Part shown: piece after piece, positions 53,121 to 63,778 of the stretch
Layout of the letters: every line of letters begins with the position of its first letter
Position numbering within the stretch: the first letter of the stretch is position 1
Assembly (NCBI GenBank): GCA_049968235.1
Contig: JBMFRC010000008.1
Span: 79,157 to 143,156 of the forward strand
Direction of reading: 5' to 3'
Source: Candidatus Hydrogenedens sp.
GTDB lineage: Bacteria > Hydrogenedentota > Hydrogenedentia > Hydrogenedentales > Hydrogenedentaceae
DNA length: 64,000 nt
Notes under the pieces: model-generated
Told to the model about the DNA's origin: nothing
Databases searched by the model: none
What the model saw: only the letters and a program-made list of their open reading frames with translations
Position numbers and translations under genes: made by a program

Positions 53121-56015
53121 TTAGTTCTTCATAAAATCTGCTACTTTACGCCAACGTAGCAATAACAATCCGGAAACCAATCCTAACGTCAGCATATCTC
53201 CGACATGTGAACTATTTGTGCTACTTCCCGAACCGCACGATACGATGAAACGACGTTTTGCACCTTTGCTGATTACAAGGTTAACCGCACTTCCACGGTC
53301 TACTTGAGAACCGGCGGTTGGGGCTTGACGAATCACTTTACCTTTTGGAACTTTATCACTATATTCCTGAGTAATAGTGCCTACAATCAGACCTGCAGAA
53401 GTAATTAGAGACCTTGCTTCTGCTTCCGTTTTTCCGACCACATCCGGGACAGTAACTTTATTGCTTGGAGTTTCACCTTCACCTTCTATAGTTCCTTCCG
53501 GGCTCCCTTCGGGAGTTCCTTCAACTACACCCTCATGTGCCCCTTCGGGTGTCCCTTCGACTAAACCTTCAGAAGTCCCTTCCGGGGTCCCTTCCACTAC
53601 ACCTTCGGGAGTTCCTTCGGGGGTCCCTTCTCCTTCTGGGGTCGGTTCTTGTTTTAATATTTTCGGTGCTTTCGGGTCATTAAACATAGGAACATGTGCA
53701 TATATATCGTTAATCCGTACTTGTGCCAATACCAAATCCGCATTACCTCCATCACCTTTCATGGTAAACTGGATATTGACCAATACAACACCATCTCCCT
53801 TTGTCCCTATGTTCTCTTCACCTGCAGCACTGATTCTCAAACTACCACTGGAATTGACATCATCATTGTAAACTAATTCTAATCCACTGGCAGAAGAGCC
53901 TAATTCTACACTATCCACCTGGGCTAAATCTTTATCAAAATTAAGCACCATCGCAAAACCGGATATGTTTGCCACATTATCGGCTAATACAGATATAGTT
54001 TTCTGAGTTCCGGGTTCGCCTGTCAATGCTTCACTTAACCAGACATTTACAGATACATCTGATTTCTCTATCTCGGCTAAGATGGCTTCTGCGGATAAAG
54101 AGCCTGCATCGGCTAACCACAAAACATCCTTGAGATATTCATCATAACTCTTCATTAATTCTTTTTGCTTCGGTGGAGTAATATTTTTCCCGGCTAACCA
54201 ACGCTGTATTAAACTGGAGTCTGCACTATCTACCAATCCATCAAGGTTAATATCACCCGATTTCATAATGCATTCATTTCCGGCAACTTTCTTAACCCAG
54301 TAAGATAAGATGTACTGTGCATCTGCTTTCTCTACAACTTTGTTATTATCTGCATCACCATGGATACATCCGCCGGTTACACATAACTGGCCATCTTCCA
54401 ATTCCAAATCCAGAGGTTTTGTTTGAGCATTTATCTCACCTGTATTGGCTACATCATAAAGTCGGACACCATTTCCGGCTCCGTCATCAGGGATAAGATG
54501 TAAAGAACCACATTGTGTATCTTCCAAAGATAGGTTTGGTTTTGCCAGAATATTAAATAATGTTCCTGCTCCATATAAACTTCCACCTTGAACGCCTGCT
54601 GCAGCAATACGAACATTATAGATACCTGCTCCTGTATATATTGCATTCGCTGAAATCATCATACCTACGGTAATACCTGAAGGTGCTACTTCCATATTAT
54701 CCATATCTAAAAGTAAATCGGCAGGAAGTTCTGCATCTATCTGAATTGATGTAGTGGACACATCATAGACCGACCTGGAATTAACCGGAATACGCACTTG
54801 CCACTGTTGTGGGTCTTGCGGATTTCGCTCCCACAAATATAGACTGGGTTCTTTGTAGGCAACATCATCAGGGAAGAATATTGTCAAAAACTGCCCTTTT
54901 ACCTGTTCTGAAGCAGGGGATAGATTTGTATACCTATTCACATCACTAACAGCCTGTATTGCATATTCATAATAAGTAGAAGGTTGAACAGTAGTATCTT
55001 CATATTCCAGCCCTGCAATATAACCTTCATACGGTTGTGCGGAAGGATTATTTAATCTTTCCCAGACAGGATTTCCCACTACACGGCGATATACATTATA
55101 TCCCGCTATATTATATTCTGGATTTGTATCCCAGGCTACGCGAACACTATGCGGTCCACTATAAACACGCGGTTTACTCGGCACCTGTATATTACCAGGT
55201 TCCAATTCCACAAGGACATTTGCACCAGAATTAACAGGTTGGACTGTCTTGGACTTATATTTACGTTTTGTAAAATCTAACCGATAAGGCGGGTTTAATG
55301 TGCCTAAATTAGGGAATGAAAAGCGTCCATTGGCATCGGTAACGACTGGTGCGGTGCTTTGCTTATCTGCAATGCTAATTTCAACAGTAACGCCCGCAAC
55401 GGGTTTTTTGCTAATACTATTGACAACTACTCCTTGAACCGTATTTGTTGTTTCTCCTTCAACAGTTCCTTCTGGCACCCCTTCCGGTGTACCTGTATAT
55501 TCACTCGTAAAATTAAAAGTTTCTGTGTTTGAATATAATTGTCCACCCGTTAAGCGGTACAAAGCCTGCGATTGGATTTGGGCAGGTCCTTGAGCCGAAG
55601 ATGGGATGCTTACATTTATACTTAGCTTGAAAGGGAAAGAGGGTACAAATATCCATCCGAATTCTAATGGATTTATCCCATCTGAAGCAGTACCAACCTG
55701 AGGAGCAATAGGAGGCTGATTTGTTCCTCCCTGATATTGCCATCCCGCAGGGAGCAAACAGGTTAAGCCTAATGCAGTTATCGTCTCCGATGTGTTTTTG
55801 TTAAATGTAATATTTACATTGATTGTGCTACCGGGGACATATTGGTTTTGCCCAACTGCATCCCCAAATACTCCTTGAACAATGCTAACTTCACTTGTCT
55901 GGGCATTTCCTTCTGCAATTATAACTAATGAAAAAAACATTAGTATCAAAGAAATACCTACGCTTTTCCCCCATAAATTGGGGAAAGCACTTGTCTTGAA
56001 AAATTTTTTAGTCAT
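53121..56015 (-). CDS. giant secreted multidomain protein: CarbopepD_reg-like, FN3-like, dockerin-like, TPEG linker, PASTA, C-terminal sorting-like tail
   Basis: Signal peptide. GVTVEI…TDANGRFSF (CarbopepD_reg-like). RVAWDTNPEYNIAGYNVYRR (FN3). GDADNNKVVEKADAQYIL and GDINLDGLVDSADSSLIQRWLAG (two dockerin calcium-binding loops). A TPEG repeat stretch. VPDVVGKTEAEARSLITSAGLIVG…GSAVNLVISKG (PASTA). The tail is RFIVSCGSG-TM-RWRK. Confidence 0.6.
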   Translation of the reverse strand: MTKKFFKTSAFPNLWGKSVGISLILMFFSLVIIAEGNAQTSEVSIVQGVFGDAVGQNQYVPGSTINVNITFNKNTSETITALGLTCLLPAGWQYQGGTNQPPIAPQVGTASDGINPLEFGWIFVPSFPFKLSINVSIPSSAQGPAQIQSQALYRLTGGQLYSNTETFNFTSEYTGTPEGVPEGTVEGETTNTVQGVVVNSISKKPVAGVTVEISIADKQSTAPVVTDANGRFSFPNLGTLNPPYRLDFTKRKYKSKTVQPVNSGANVLVELEPGNIQVPSKPRVYSGPHSVRVAWDTNPEYNIAGYNVYRRVVGNPVWERLNNPSAQPYEGYIAGLEYEDTTVQPSTYYEYAIQAVSDVNRYTNLSPASEQVKGQFLTIFFPDDVAYKEPSLYLWERNPQDPQQWQVRIPVNSRSVYDVSTTSIQIDAELPADLLLDMDNMEVAPSGITVGMMISANAIYTGAGIYNVRIAAAGVQGGSLYGAGTLFNILAKPNLSLEDTQCGSLHLIPDDGAGNGVRLYDVANTGEINAQTKPLDLELEDGQLCVTGGCIHGDADNNKVVEKADAQYILSYWVKKVAGNECIMKSGDINLDGLVDSADSSLIQRWLAGKNITPPKQKELMKSYDEYLKDVLWLADAGSLSAEAILAEIEKSDVSVNVWLSEALTGEPGTQKTISVLADNVANISGFAMVLNFDKDLAQVDSVELGSSASGLELVYNDDVNSSGSLRISAAGEENIGTKGDGVVLVNIQFTMKGDGGNADLVLAQVRINDIYAHVPMFNDPKAPKILKQEPTPEGEGTPEGTPEGVVEGTPEGTSEGLVEGTPEGAHEGVVEGTPEGSPEGTIEGEGETPSNKVTVPDVVGKTEAEARSLITSAGLIVGTITQEYSDKVPKGKVIRQAPTAGSQVDRGSAVNLVISKGAKRRFIVSCGSGSSTNSSHVGDMLTLGLVSGLLLLRWRKVADFMKN
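53470..53650 (-). repeat. in-frame low-complexity tandem repeat encoding (T/S)PEG(V/T)xEG linker units
   Basis: Reiterated cccttc(g/c)gg… units on the + strand. They encode PTPEGEGTPEGTPEGVVEGTPEGTSEGLVEGTPEGAHEGVVEGTPEGSPEGTIEGEGE. Confidence 0.8.
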
Positions 56016-56089
56016 GTCTGTCTCCTTTCGGTTATTTGTTTCTGTGTTTTACATATCTAAACTAATTTTATCATAACTAAAATACATTT

Positions 56090-56098
56090 GTTGTAAAC
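56090..56098 (-). promoter_or_regulatory. candidate extended -10 element (TGTTATAAT on the minus strand) upstream of 53121..56015
   Basis: attataaca on the + strand is TGTTATAAT on the coding strand, about 75 nt upstream of the start codon. No clear -35. Confidence 0.25.
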
Positions 56099-56190
56099 TA
56101 TTATAACAAGAGCAAAAAGAATATAGAGGTATCCTCTTTTATAGCCAGTAGGATGCCTCATTGTTTCATTATAATGCTTCCTCTGTATTT

Positions 56191-58515
56191 TTAGTTAAGA
56201 AATGGGGATTTGATTTTCCGTCCTACGCGAATAAGAAGTAAACCAGAGGTCAAACTAAGCAGGATTATATCTGCTAGGTATGAACTATGGGTGTTATTGA
56301 GACCACAGGATACGATAAATCTGGGTTTTGCTCCTTTGCTTACTACCAGGTTTACAGCAGACCCAGAATTTACCTGTGTTTGAGCGGGAGGATTTTGACT
56401 AATTACTTTGCCTGCAGGGACAGTATCACTATATTCCCGAGTAATAGAGCCTACAACCAGACCTGCAGAAGTAATTAGAGACCTTGCTTCTGCTTCCGTT
56501 TTCCCAACCACATCCGGGACGGTAACTTTACTTAGAGTTTCCCCTTCTGTTGTTCCTTCGGGAGTCCCTTCTGTTGTTCCTTCCTGCGTTCCTTCTGGAG
56601 TCGGTTCCTGCTTCAAAATTTTCGGAGCTTTCGGGTCATTAAATAACGGAACATGGGCATAAACATCGTTAATTCTTACCTGGGCTAACACTAACTCCGC
56701 ATTTCCACCATCATCTTTCATTCTGAAACGAACCTTTAATAATTCAACGCCGTTCCCTTTTACACCTATATTATTTTCACCCGCAGCACTTACTCTGAGA
56801 TTGCCACTATCGTTTACATCAGAGTTATAACTTAGTTGTAACCCTGTTGCAGCATTACCTAACTGAACACTTACTACCTCTGCTAAATCTTTATCGAAAT
56901 TCAACATCATGTTATAACCCGATATATTAGCCACATTATCTGCTAATACAGATATGGTCTTTTCGGTTCCCGCAGTACCTGTTAATACATCACTTAACCA
57001 AACATTAACAGTAACATCTGCTTTCTCTATATCTGCCAAAATTGCTTCTGCGGATAATGACCCCGCATCTGCTAACCATAAAACATCCTGGAGATATTCA
57101 TCATAACTCTTTTCTAATCCTTTAGTTTTGGGTGGTGTTATATCTTTTCCTGCCAACCAGCGTTGAATTAAACTGGAGTCCGCACTATCTACCAGTCTGT
57201 CAAGGTTAATATCACCTGATTTCATGATACATTCATTGCCATTGTTCTTCTTTACCCAATAGTCTAATACATATTGAGCATCTGCTTTCTCTACAATTTT
57301 GTTATTATCTGCATCACCATGGATACATCCACCTGTCACGCAAAGTTCTCCATCTTGTAATTCCAGGTCCAGTGGTCTCGAGATCGAGGTTACATCATAT
57401 AGACGCACTCCATTTCCTGCACCATCATCCGGAATAAGATGTAAAGGACCACATTGTGTCCCTTGAACAGATAAATTAGGGCTCGCAAGAATATTAAATA
57501 ATGTTCCACTTCCATATAAACTACCTGCTTCTACCCCTGCAGCTGCTATGCGAACACTTATCTTATTATTCTGATAGGTTGCATTTGCAGATATTATCAT
57601 ACCCGCTGTTATCCCTGACGGCTGAACATCTATAGTATTCGGGTCTAATAATAATCCAGAAGGTAATTCTGCATCTATTTGCACTGATGTGGCAGATACA
57701 TCATAAACCGATTTCGAGTTTACTGGAATACGCACCTGCAATTGTTGTGGGTTTTGTGGATTTCGCTCCCACAGATATAGACCCGCATCATTATAATTTA
57801 CTTGTTCTGGGAAAAATACCGTTAAGAATTGTCCTTTTACCTGTTCTGAAGCGGAGGATAAACCTGTATAACCGTCAACATCACTAACAGCCTGAATTGC
57901 ATATTCATATAAGGTGGAAGGTTGCACTGTTTTATCTTCATATTCAAGCCCGGCAATATAATTTTCATACGGCTGAGAACTAGGGCTGTTCAATCTTTGC
58001 CACGTTTGCGTTCCTGCTATACGACGATAAACATTATACCCCGCAATATTGTATTCCGGATTAGCGTCCCATCCTACACGAACGCTACGAGGACCACTAT
58101 ATACACGCGGAATCGCTGGTGTTTGAATGTTGCCCGGTTCTAATTCTACCTGAATATTCGCACCAGAATTAACAGGTTGAACGGTTTTGGGCTTATATTT
58201 ACGCTTTGTAAAATCTAACCGATAAGGCGGGTTTAATGTGCCTAAATTAGGGAATGAAAAGCGTCCATTGGCATCGGTAACGACTGGTGCGGTGCTTTGT
58301 TTATCCGCGACACTGATTTCTACTGTGACACCTGCTACAGGTTTTTTACTGATACTATTGATTACCTGTCCTTGAACATTGTTCACAGATTGACCCTCAA
58401 CATGAGCAATAAAAATTGTGCTGGATGTTAACCCTATTAATAATGTAATTATGGCTAATACAAGAACTTTTGTTAAAGATGATTTGACACATAATACACT
58501 TTTAAACATACTCAT
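56191..58515 (-). CDS. paralog of 53121..56015, lacking the first ~190 aa; same CarbopepD_reg/FN3/dockerin/PASTA/C-terminal-tail architecture
   Basis: Long stretches are identical or near-identical to the upstream copy at both protein and nucleotide level. It has its own signal peptide. Confidence 0.6.
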   Translation of the reverse strand: MSMFKSVLCVKSSLTKVLVLAIITLLIGLTSSTIFIAHVEGQSVNNVQGQVINSISKKPVAGVTVEISVADKQSTAPVVTDANGRFSFPNLGTLNPPYRLDFTKRKYKPKTVQPVNSGANIQVELEPGNIQTPAIPRVYSGPRSVRVGWDANPEYNIAGYNVYRRIAGTQTWQRLNSPSSQPYENYIAGLEYEDKTVQPSTLYEYAIQAVSDVDGYTGLSSASEQVKGQFLTVFFPEQVNYNDAGLYLWERNPQNPQQLQVRIPVNSKSVYDVSATSVQIDAELPSGLLLDPNTIDVQPSGITAGMIISANATYQNNKISVRIAAAGVEAGSLYGSGTLFNILASPNLSVQGTQCGPLHLIPDDGAGNGVRLYDVTSISRPLDLELQDGELCVTGGCIHGDADNNKIVEKADAQYVLDYWVKKNNGNECIMKSGDINLDRLVDSADSSLIQRWLAGKDITPPKTKGLEKSYDEYLQDVLWLADAGSLSAEAILADIEKADVTVNVWLSDVLTGTAGTEKTISVLADNVANISGYNMMLNFDKDLAEVVSVQLGNAATGLQLSYNSDVNDSGNLRVSAAGENNIGVKGNGVELLKVRFRMKDDGGNAELVLAQVRINDVYAHVPLFNDPKAPKILKQEPTPEGTQEGTTEGTPEGTTEGETLSKVTVPDVVGKTEAEARSLITSAGLVVGSITREYSDTVPAGKVISQNPPAQTQVNSGSAVNLVVSKGAKPRFIVSCGLNNTHSSYLADIILLSLTSGLLLIRVGRKIKSPFLN
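56540..56630 (-). repeat. shorter TPEG-type linker repeat in the second paralog
   Basis: Encodes PTPEGTQEGTTEGTPEGTTEGE. Confidence 0.75.
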
Positions 58516-58607
58516 TCTCCTTTAATTTTAATTTTAATTTTTTTACCGCTTTTACGATGAGTCCCTCTAATCCCATCGTACTCTCCCATACTAGAGAGGT
58601 CATTTAA

Positions 58608-58616
58608 ATTATAACA
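58608..58616 (-). promoter_or_regulatory. candidate extended -10 element (TGTTATAAT on the minus strand) upstream of 56191..58515
   Basis: The same 9-mer as upstream of the paralog, about 95 nt upstream of the start codon. Confidence 0.25.
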
Positions 58617-58914
58617 CAAATTTCAAAAGTTTGCATAAATTTTTATAATTCTTTATAGATAGTGTTAAAATGTAAGATTTTCTCTCCGAGTAAGAGGCCT
58701 ATTTCAATATAAATCATACAAAATACCATTTCTACATGCTATTTATAGTAAATATATGCTATTTTTTACTGTTATAATGAAACCTTACATCAAATTAAAA
58801 CTCTATTATAAAAAATCTATCTGATTATAGTATTCATTGATATAAATTAATGTGAGATGTAATCGAAGTATTAACTCACTTGTAATTACTTTTCTTTTCT
58901 TGTAATTAAGAATA

Positions 58915-60345
58915 CTATTTTTTAATAGGAATTTTGTATTCTCTCATTTTTCGCCACAGCGTAGAACGCGAGATACCTAATATTCGTGCCGCTTCAGTTT
59001 GGTTATGATTAACTTTTTCCAGCACTTTTTGAATATGGTTTGCCTCTACTTCTGCCAGGGGTAGAAGCCCATTATCCTCTTCATGAGGAAGTGCAAGTAT
59101 CTTAAACCTACCCCGTTGTATATTCTCAGGCAAATCATATACACGGATAATCGGTTCTTCTGCCATAATAACCGCATGGGCAATGATACTTTCCAATTCC
59201 CGGACATTTCCCGGAAATGGATAAGTTCTTAATACAGCAATGGCGGAATTATCAATCCCCTGAATATTTTTTCCAAATTTTTGATTGTACCGTGAAATAA
59301 AATGCTGGATTAAAGTGGGTAATGCATCTATTCGTTCACGCAGAGGAGGAATACGAATTTGAATGACATTTAGTCGATAGAACAAATCATCACGGAATCT
59401 ATGTTTCTCGACCTCCTCCTGTAAATTTTTATTTGTAGCAGACAGAATGCGGACATTTACTTTTTGTATTATATTAGAACCTACAGGGCGAATTTCGCCA
59501 TTTTGTAAAACACGAAGTAGTTTTGCTTGTGTGGATAATGCCATATCGCCGATTTCATCTAAAAAAACCGTTCCTCCATCTGCCTCTGCAAATAGTCCTC
59601 GCTTATCTTTTTCTGCCCCGGTAAAAGCCCCCTGAACATGTCCAAAAAGTTCACTTTCTAATAAATTTTCAGGTAATGCGGCACAATTAATCGCAATAAA
59701 AGGTTTATCACTACGAGAACTAAGCCGATGAAGTATCTGAGCAACGACTTCTTTTCCAACACCGCTTTCACCTAAAATCAGAACCGTACTGTCTGTAGGA
59801 GCTACTTTACGTATAATTTCCACAACACGACGCATCTGAGCATTATTACCGGATAATTCTTCAAATAAGATTTGTTCAAACCCGGCTTCTTGTAATTTTT
59901 CTCTATGATGTTCCAATACAGCCCGATGAACCATTACCGCAATATCCGTAGGGTCACACTTCTTAGGGATATAAAAATATGCCCCCATTCGAATACCTTC
60001 AAGGGCTTGTTCTATTTGTTCCATATTGTAAAGGAGAATTAATTTTACGGAGGGGAACTTCTGCCTAAGAAAGGAAACAAGATTAATATTACCTTTGTAT
60101 TCTATGGATAAATCTAAAAGAATTACATCACATACGGTTCGACGGGAACATGTCAAAATCTGCTCCGTAGAACTGCATAAAATAACAGTATGCCCCGTTC
60201 CTTCGATAAAGCGAGAAACAGTACTGAGGTAATCCATATCAGAGCCAATGATAAATACAGTCCCCTGTTCTCGAGCAAGAGGTGGCTCATTCTGTTCAAA
60301 AAGTTTCAAATTGATAATATCTTTTTTTGTTTTTTTATCGGTCAT
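58915..60345 (-). CDS. sigma-54-dependent response regulator (REC + AAA+ sigma-54 activator + Fis-type HTH)
   Basis: GESGVGKE Walker A, GAFTGA motif, ESELFGH, and a C-terminal HTH. The receiver is atypical: GSD in place of the DD pair, with a phospho-acceptor-like D in VILLDLS. Confidence 0.85.
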   Translation of the reverse strand: MTDKKTKKDIINLKLFEQNEPPLAREQGTVFIIGSDMDYLSTVSRFIEGTGHTVILCSSTEQILTCSRRTVCDVILLDLSIEYKGNINLVSFLRQKFPSVKLILLYNMEQIEQALEGIRMGAYFYIPKKCDPTDIAVMVHRAVLEHHREKLQEAGFEQILFEELSGNNAQMRRVVEIIRKVAPTDSTVLILGESGVGKEVVAQILHRLSSRSDKPFIAINCAALPENLLESELFGHVQGAFTGAEKDKRGLFAEADGGTVFLDEIGDMALSTQAKLLRVLQNGEIRPVGSNIIQKVNVRILSATNKNLQEEVEKHRFRDDLFYRLNVIQIRIPPLRERIDALPTLIQHFISRYNQKFGKNIQGIDNSAIAVLRTYPFPGNVRELESIIAHAVIMAEEPIIRVYDLPENIQRGRFKILALPHEEDNGLLPLAEVEANHIQKVLEKVNHNQTEAARILGISRSTLWRKMREYKIPIKK

Positions 60346-60527
60346 AATTTTCCCATATATTTATTCTTAAAATTAATTGTATCAAAAATAAAGAGGCAGT
60401 TTAAGGATTTATTGTTTATTTTTTATATATACGAACAAAATTTTCGGGAATAGGACTAATCTATACACATCACCTCACATACAAAAAAAAATAGTTTTTC
60501 CTCCCTTTTGATGGTTTAAAATAAGAA

Positions 60528-60581
60528 CGCCACGACAGGCTTCTGTCATGGCGCTATTCTGGATGCTTGCCCTTGCGGGCA
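60528..60581. other. two adjacent GC-rich stem-loops in a divergent intergenic region; possible structured RNA or regulatory element
   Basis: cgccacgacag-gctt-ctgtcatggcg is an 11-bp stem with one C/T (G-U capable) position. ttgccc-ttgc-gggca is a 5-bp GC stem. Both sit in a locally GC-rich patch within an otherwise AT-rich 530-bp spacer. Confidence 0.3.
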
Positions 60582-60878
60582 TTTCTGACTTCCGTGTCTT
60601 TTGCCTCAACCTCCATGTGTCGGCTTCCATTATATATTATCGGCAAAGAAAATATTTTCTTTAATGTACATTTATTCCCAATTTGCGGATATATAAATGG
60701 AAATAATCAAAAAACATTCATAATTTCATTATTGAAACAATAAAATGGTTAAACTCTAATTTTGGAAAGGTATAGTCTATATAACAAAGTTCATAAAAAA
60801 GATACAAAGGGTTTGCCTTTTACAAAGTTTTTTTATTAGACTTTTATTTCCAGGTCAAATAATAACAAGGGGAAGTTT

Positions 60879-61835
60879 ATGAAAATATTAATTACAGGTG
60901 TAGCAGGATTTATTGGTTCCAATCTTGCAGATCGACTTATTGAATGCAAATATGAGGTTATTGGAATTGATGATTTCAGTCCCACTTATGACCCACAGAT
61001 AAAACGAAAATATATAGAAAATGCTTCCCAATCTCCACTGTTTGTAATGTATGAAGCAGATATATGTGATAGAGAGACAATATATGATATTTTTGAAACA
61101 CAAAAGCCGGATGTAGTCGTTCATCTTGCTGCACGAGCAGGAGTTCGTCCCTCTCTTGAAAATCCTGAAGAATATTACCGCATAAACATTATAGGTTCGC
61201 AAAATATACTTGATGCCTGTCGGGATATCCGTCCTTCTCATCTAATATTTGCATCCAGTTCATCGGTATATGGTGGAAGTAAATCCATCCCTTATGCGGA
61301 AGAGGACCCTGTAATGTATCCCATCAGTCCTTATGCAGTAACTAAGCGAACAAATGAACTTCAATCTCATGTTTATAGTTCCATTTATGGACTGAATATA
61401 ACCATGCTTCGTTTTTTTACGGTATACGGCCCACGACAAAGACCTGATATGGGAATACATAAATTTACAAAACAAATTATCGCGGGGAAACCTGTTATTC
61501 TTTTCGGCGACGGAACTTCCGCTCGTGATTATACTTATATTGATGATATACTTGACGGGATTATGAAAAGTATAGAGAGACCGTTCCAGTATGAAATCTT
61601 CAATCTGGGTGAAAGTCGAACAACAAAACTTATTGACCTTATAGAAATCATTTCAAAATGTGTGGGAAAGCCCGCTGAAATAGAATGGCAACCTTATCAG
61701 CCAGGAGATGTAGAAATTACTTATGCAGATATTACCCATGCCCGCACTTTACTCAACTATAAACCTTGTATCCCCGTAGAAGAAGGTATTCAACGATATG
61801 TTCACTGGTTCAAGAAGTTTTATAACATTGATTAG
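60879..61835 (+). CDS. NAD-dependent epimerase/dehydratase, UDP-glucuronate 4-epimerase-like
   Basis: ITGVAGFIGSNL, and RFFTVYGPRQRPDMG, which resembles the RFFTVYGPWGRPDMA hallmark of UDP-GlcA epimerases. Confidence 0.75.
   Translation: MKILITGVAGFIGSNLADRLIECKYEVIGIDDFSPTYDPQIKRKYIENASQSPLFVMYEADICDRETIYDIFETQKPDVVVHLAARAGVRPSLENPEEYYRINIIGSQNILDACRDIRPSHLIFASSSSVYGGSKSIPYAEEDPVMYPISPYAVTKRTNELQSHVYSSIYGLNITMLRFFTVYGPRQRPDMGIHKFTKQIIAGKPVILFGDGTSARDYTYIDDILDGIMKSIERPFQYEIFNLGESRTTKLIDLIEIISKCVGKPAEIEWQPYQPGDVEITYADITHARTLLNYKPCIPVEEGIQRYVHWFKKFYNID

Positions 61836-63778
<1,943 letters not shown>

Larger units (their letters stand above)
53121..58515 (-). repeat. tandem duplication: two paralogous genes with long blocks of identical or near-identical nucleotide sequence
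   Basis: For example, 55261-55400 versus 58201-58340 are essentially identical, and 53341-53460 versus 56411-56530 are roughly 90% identical by eye. Confidence 0.7.

Noticed and set aside
53377-53871. 164-aa ORF on the + strand (and 56408..56662) antisense to the giant protein genes
   Set aside because: It is the reverse-complement reading of the TPEG and low-complexity repeat region (PSGVPSGVPS…). This is a typical repeat-induced shadow ORF with no start context.
58516-58700. Sigma-54 (-24/-12, TGGCAC-N5-TTGC) promoter upstream of the PASTA-protein genes, expected because of the neighbouring enhancer-binding protein
   Set aside because: Manual scans of both strands of the 56016-56190 and 58516-58700 spacers gave no match with correctly spaced GG and GC elements. 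Only the sigma-70-like TGTTATAAT was found. The sigma-54 target may lie elsewhere.
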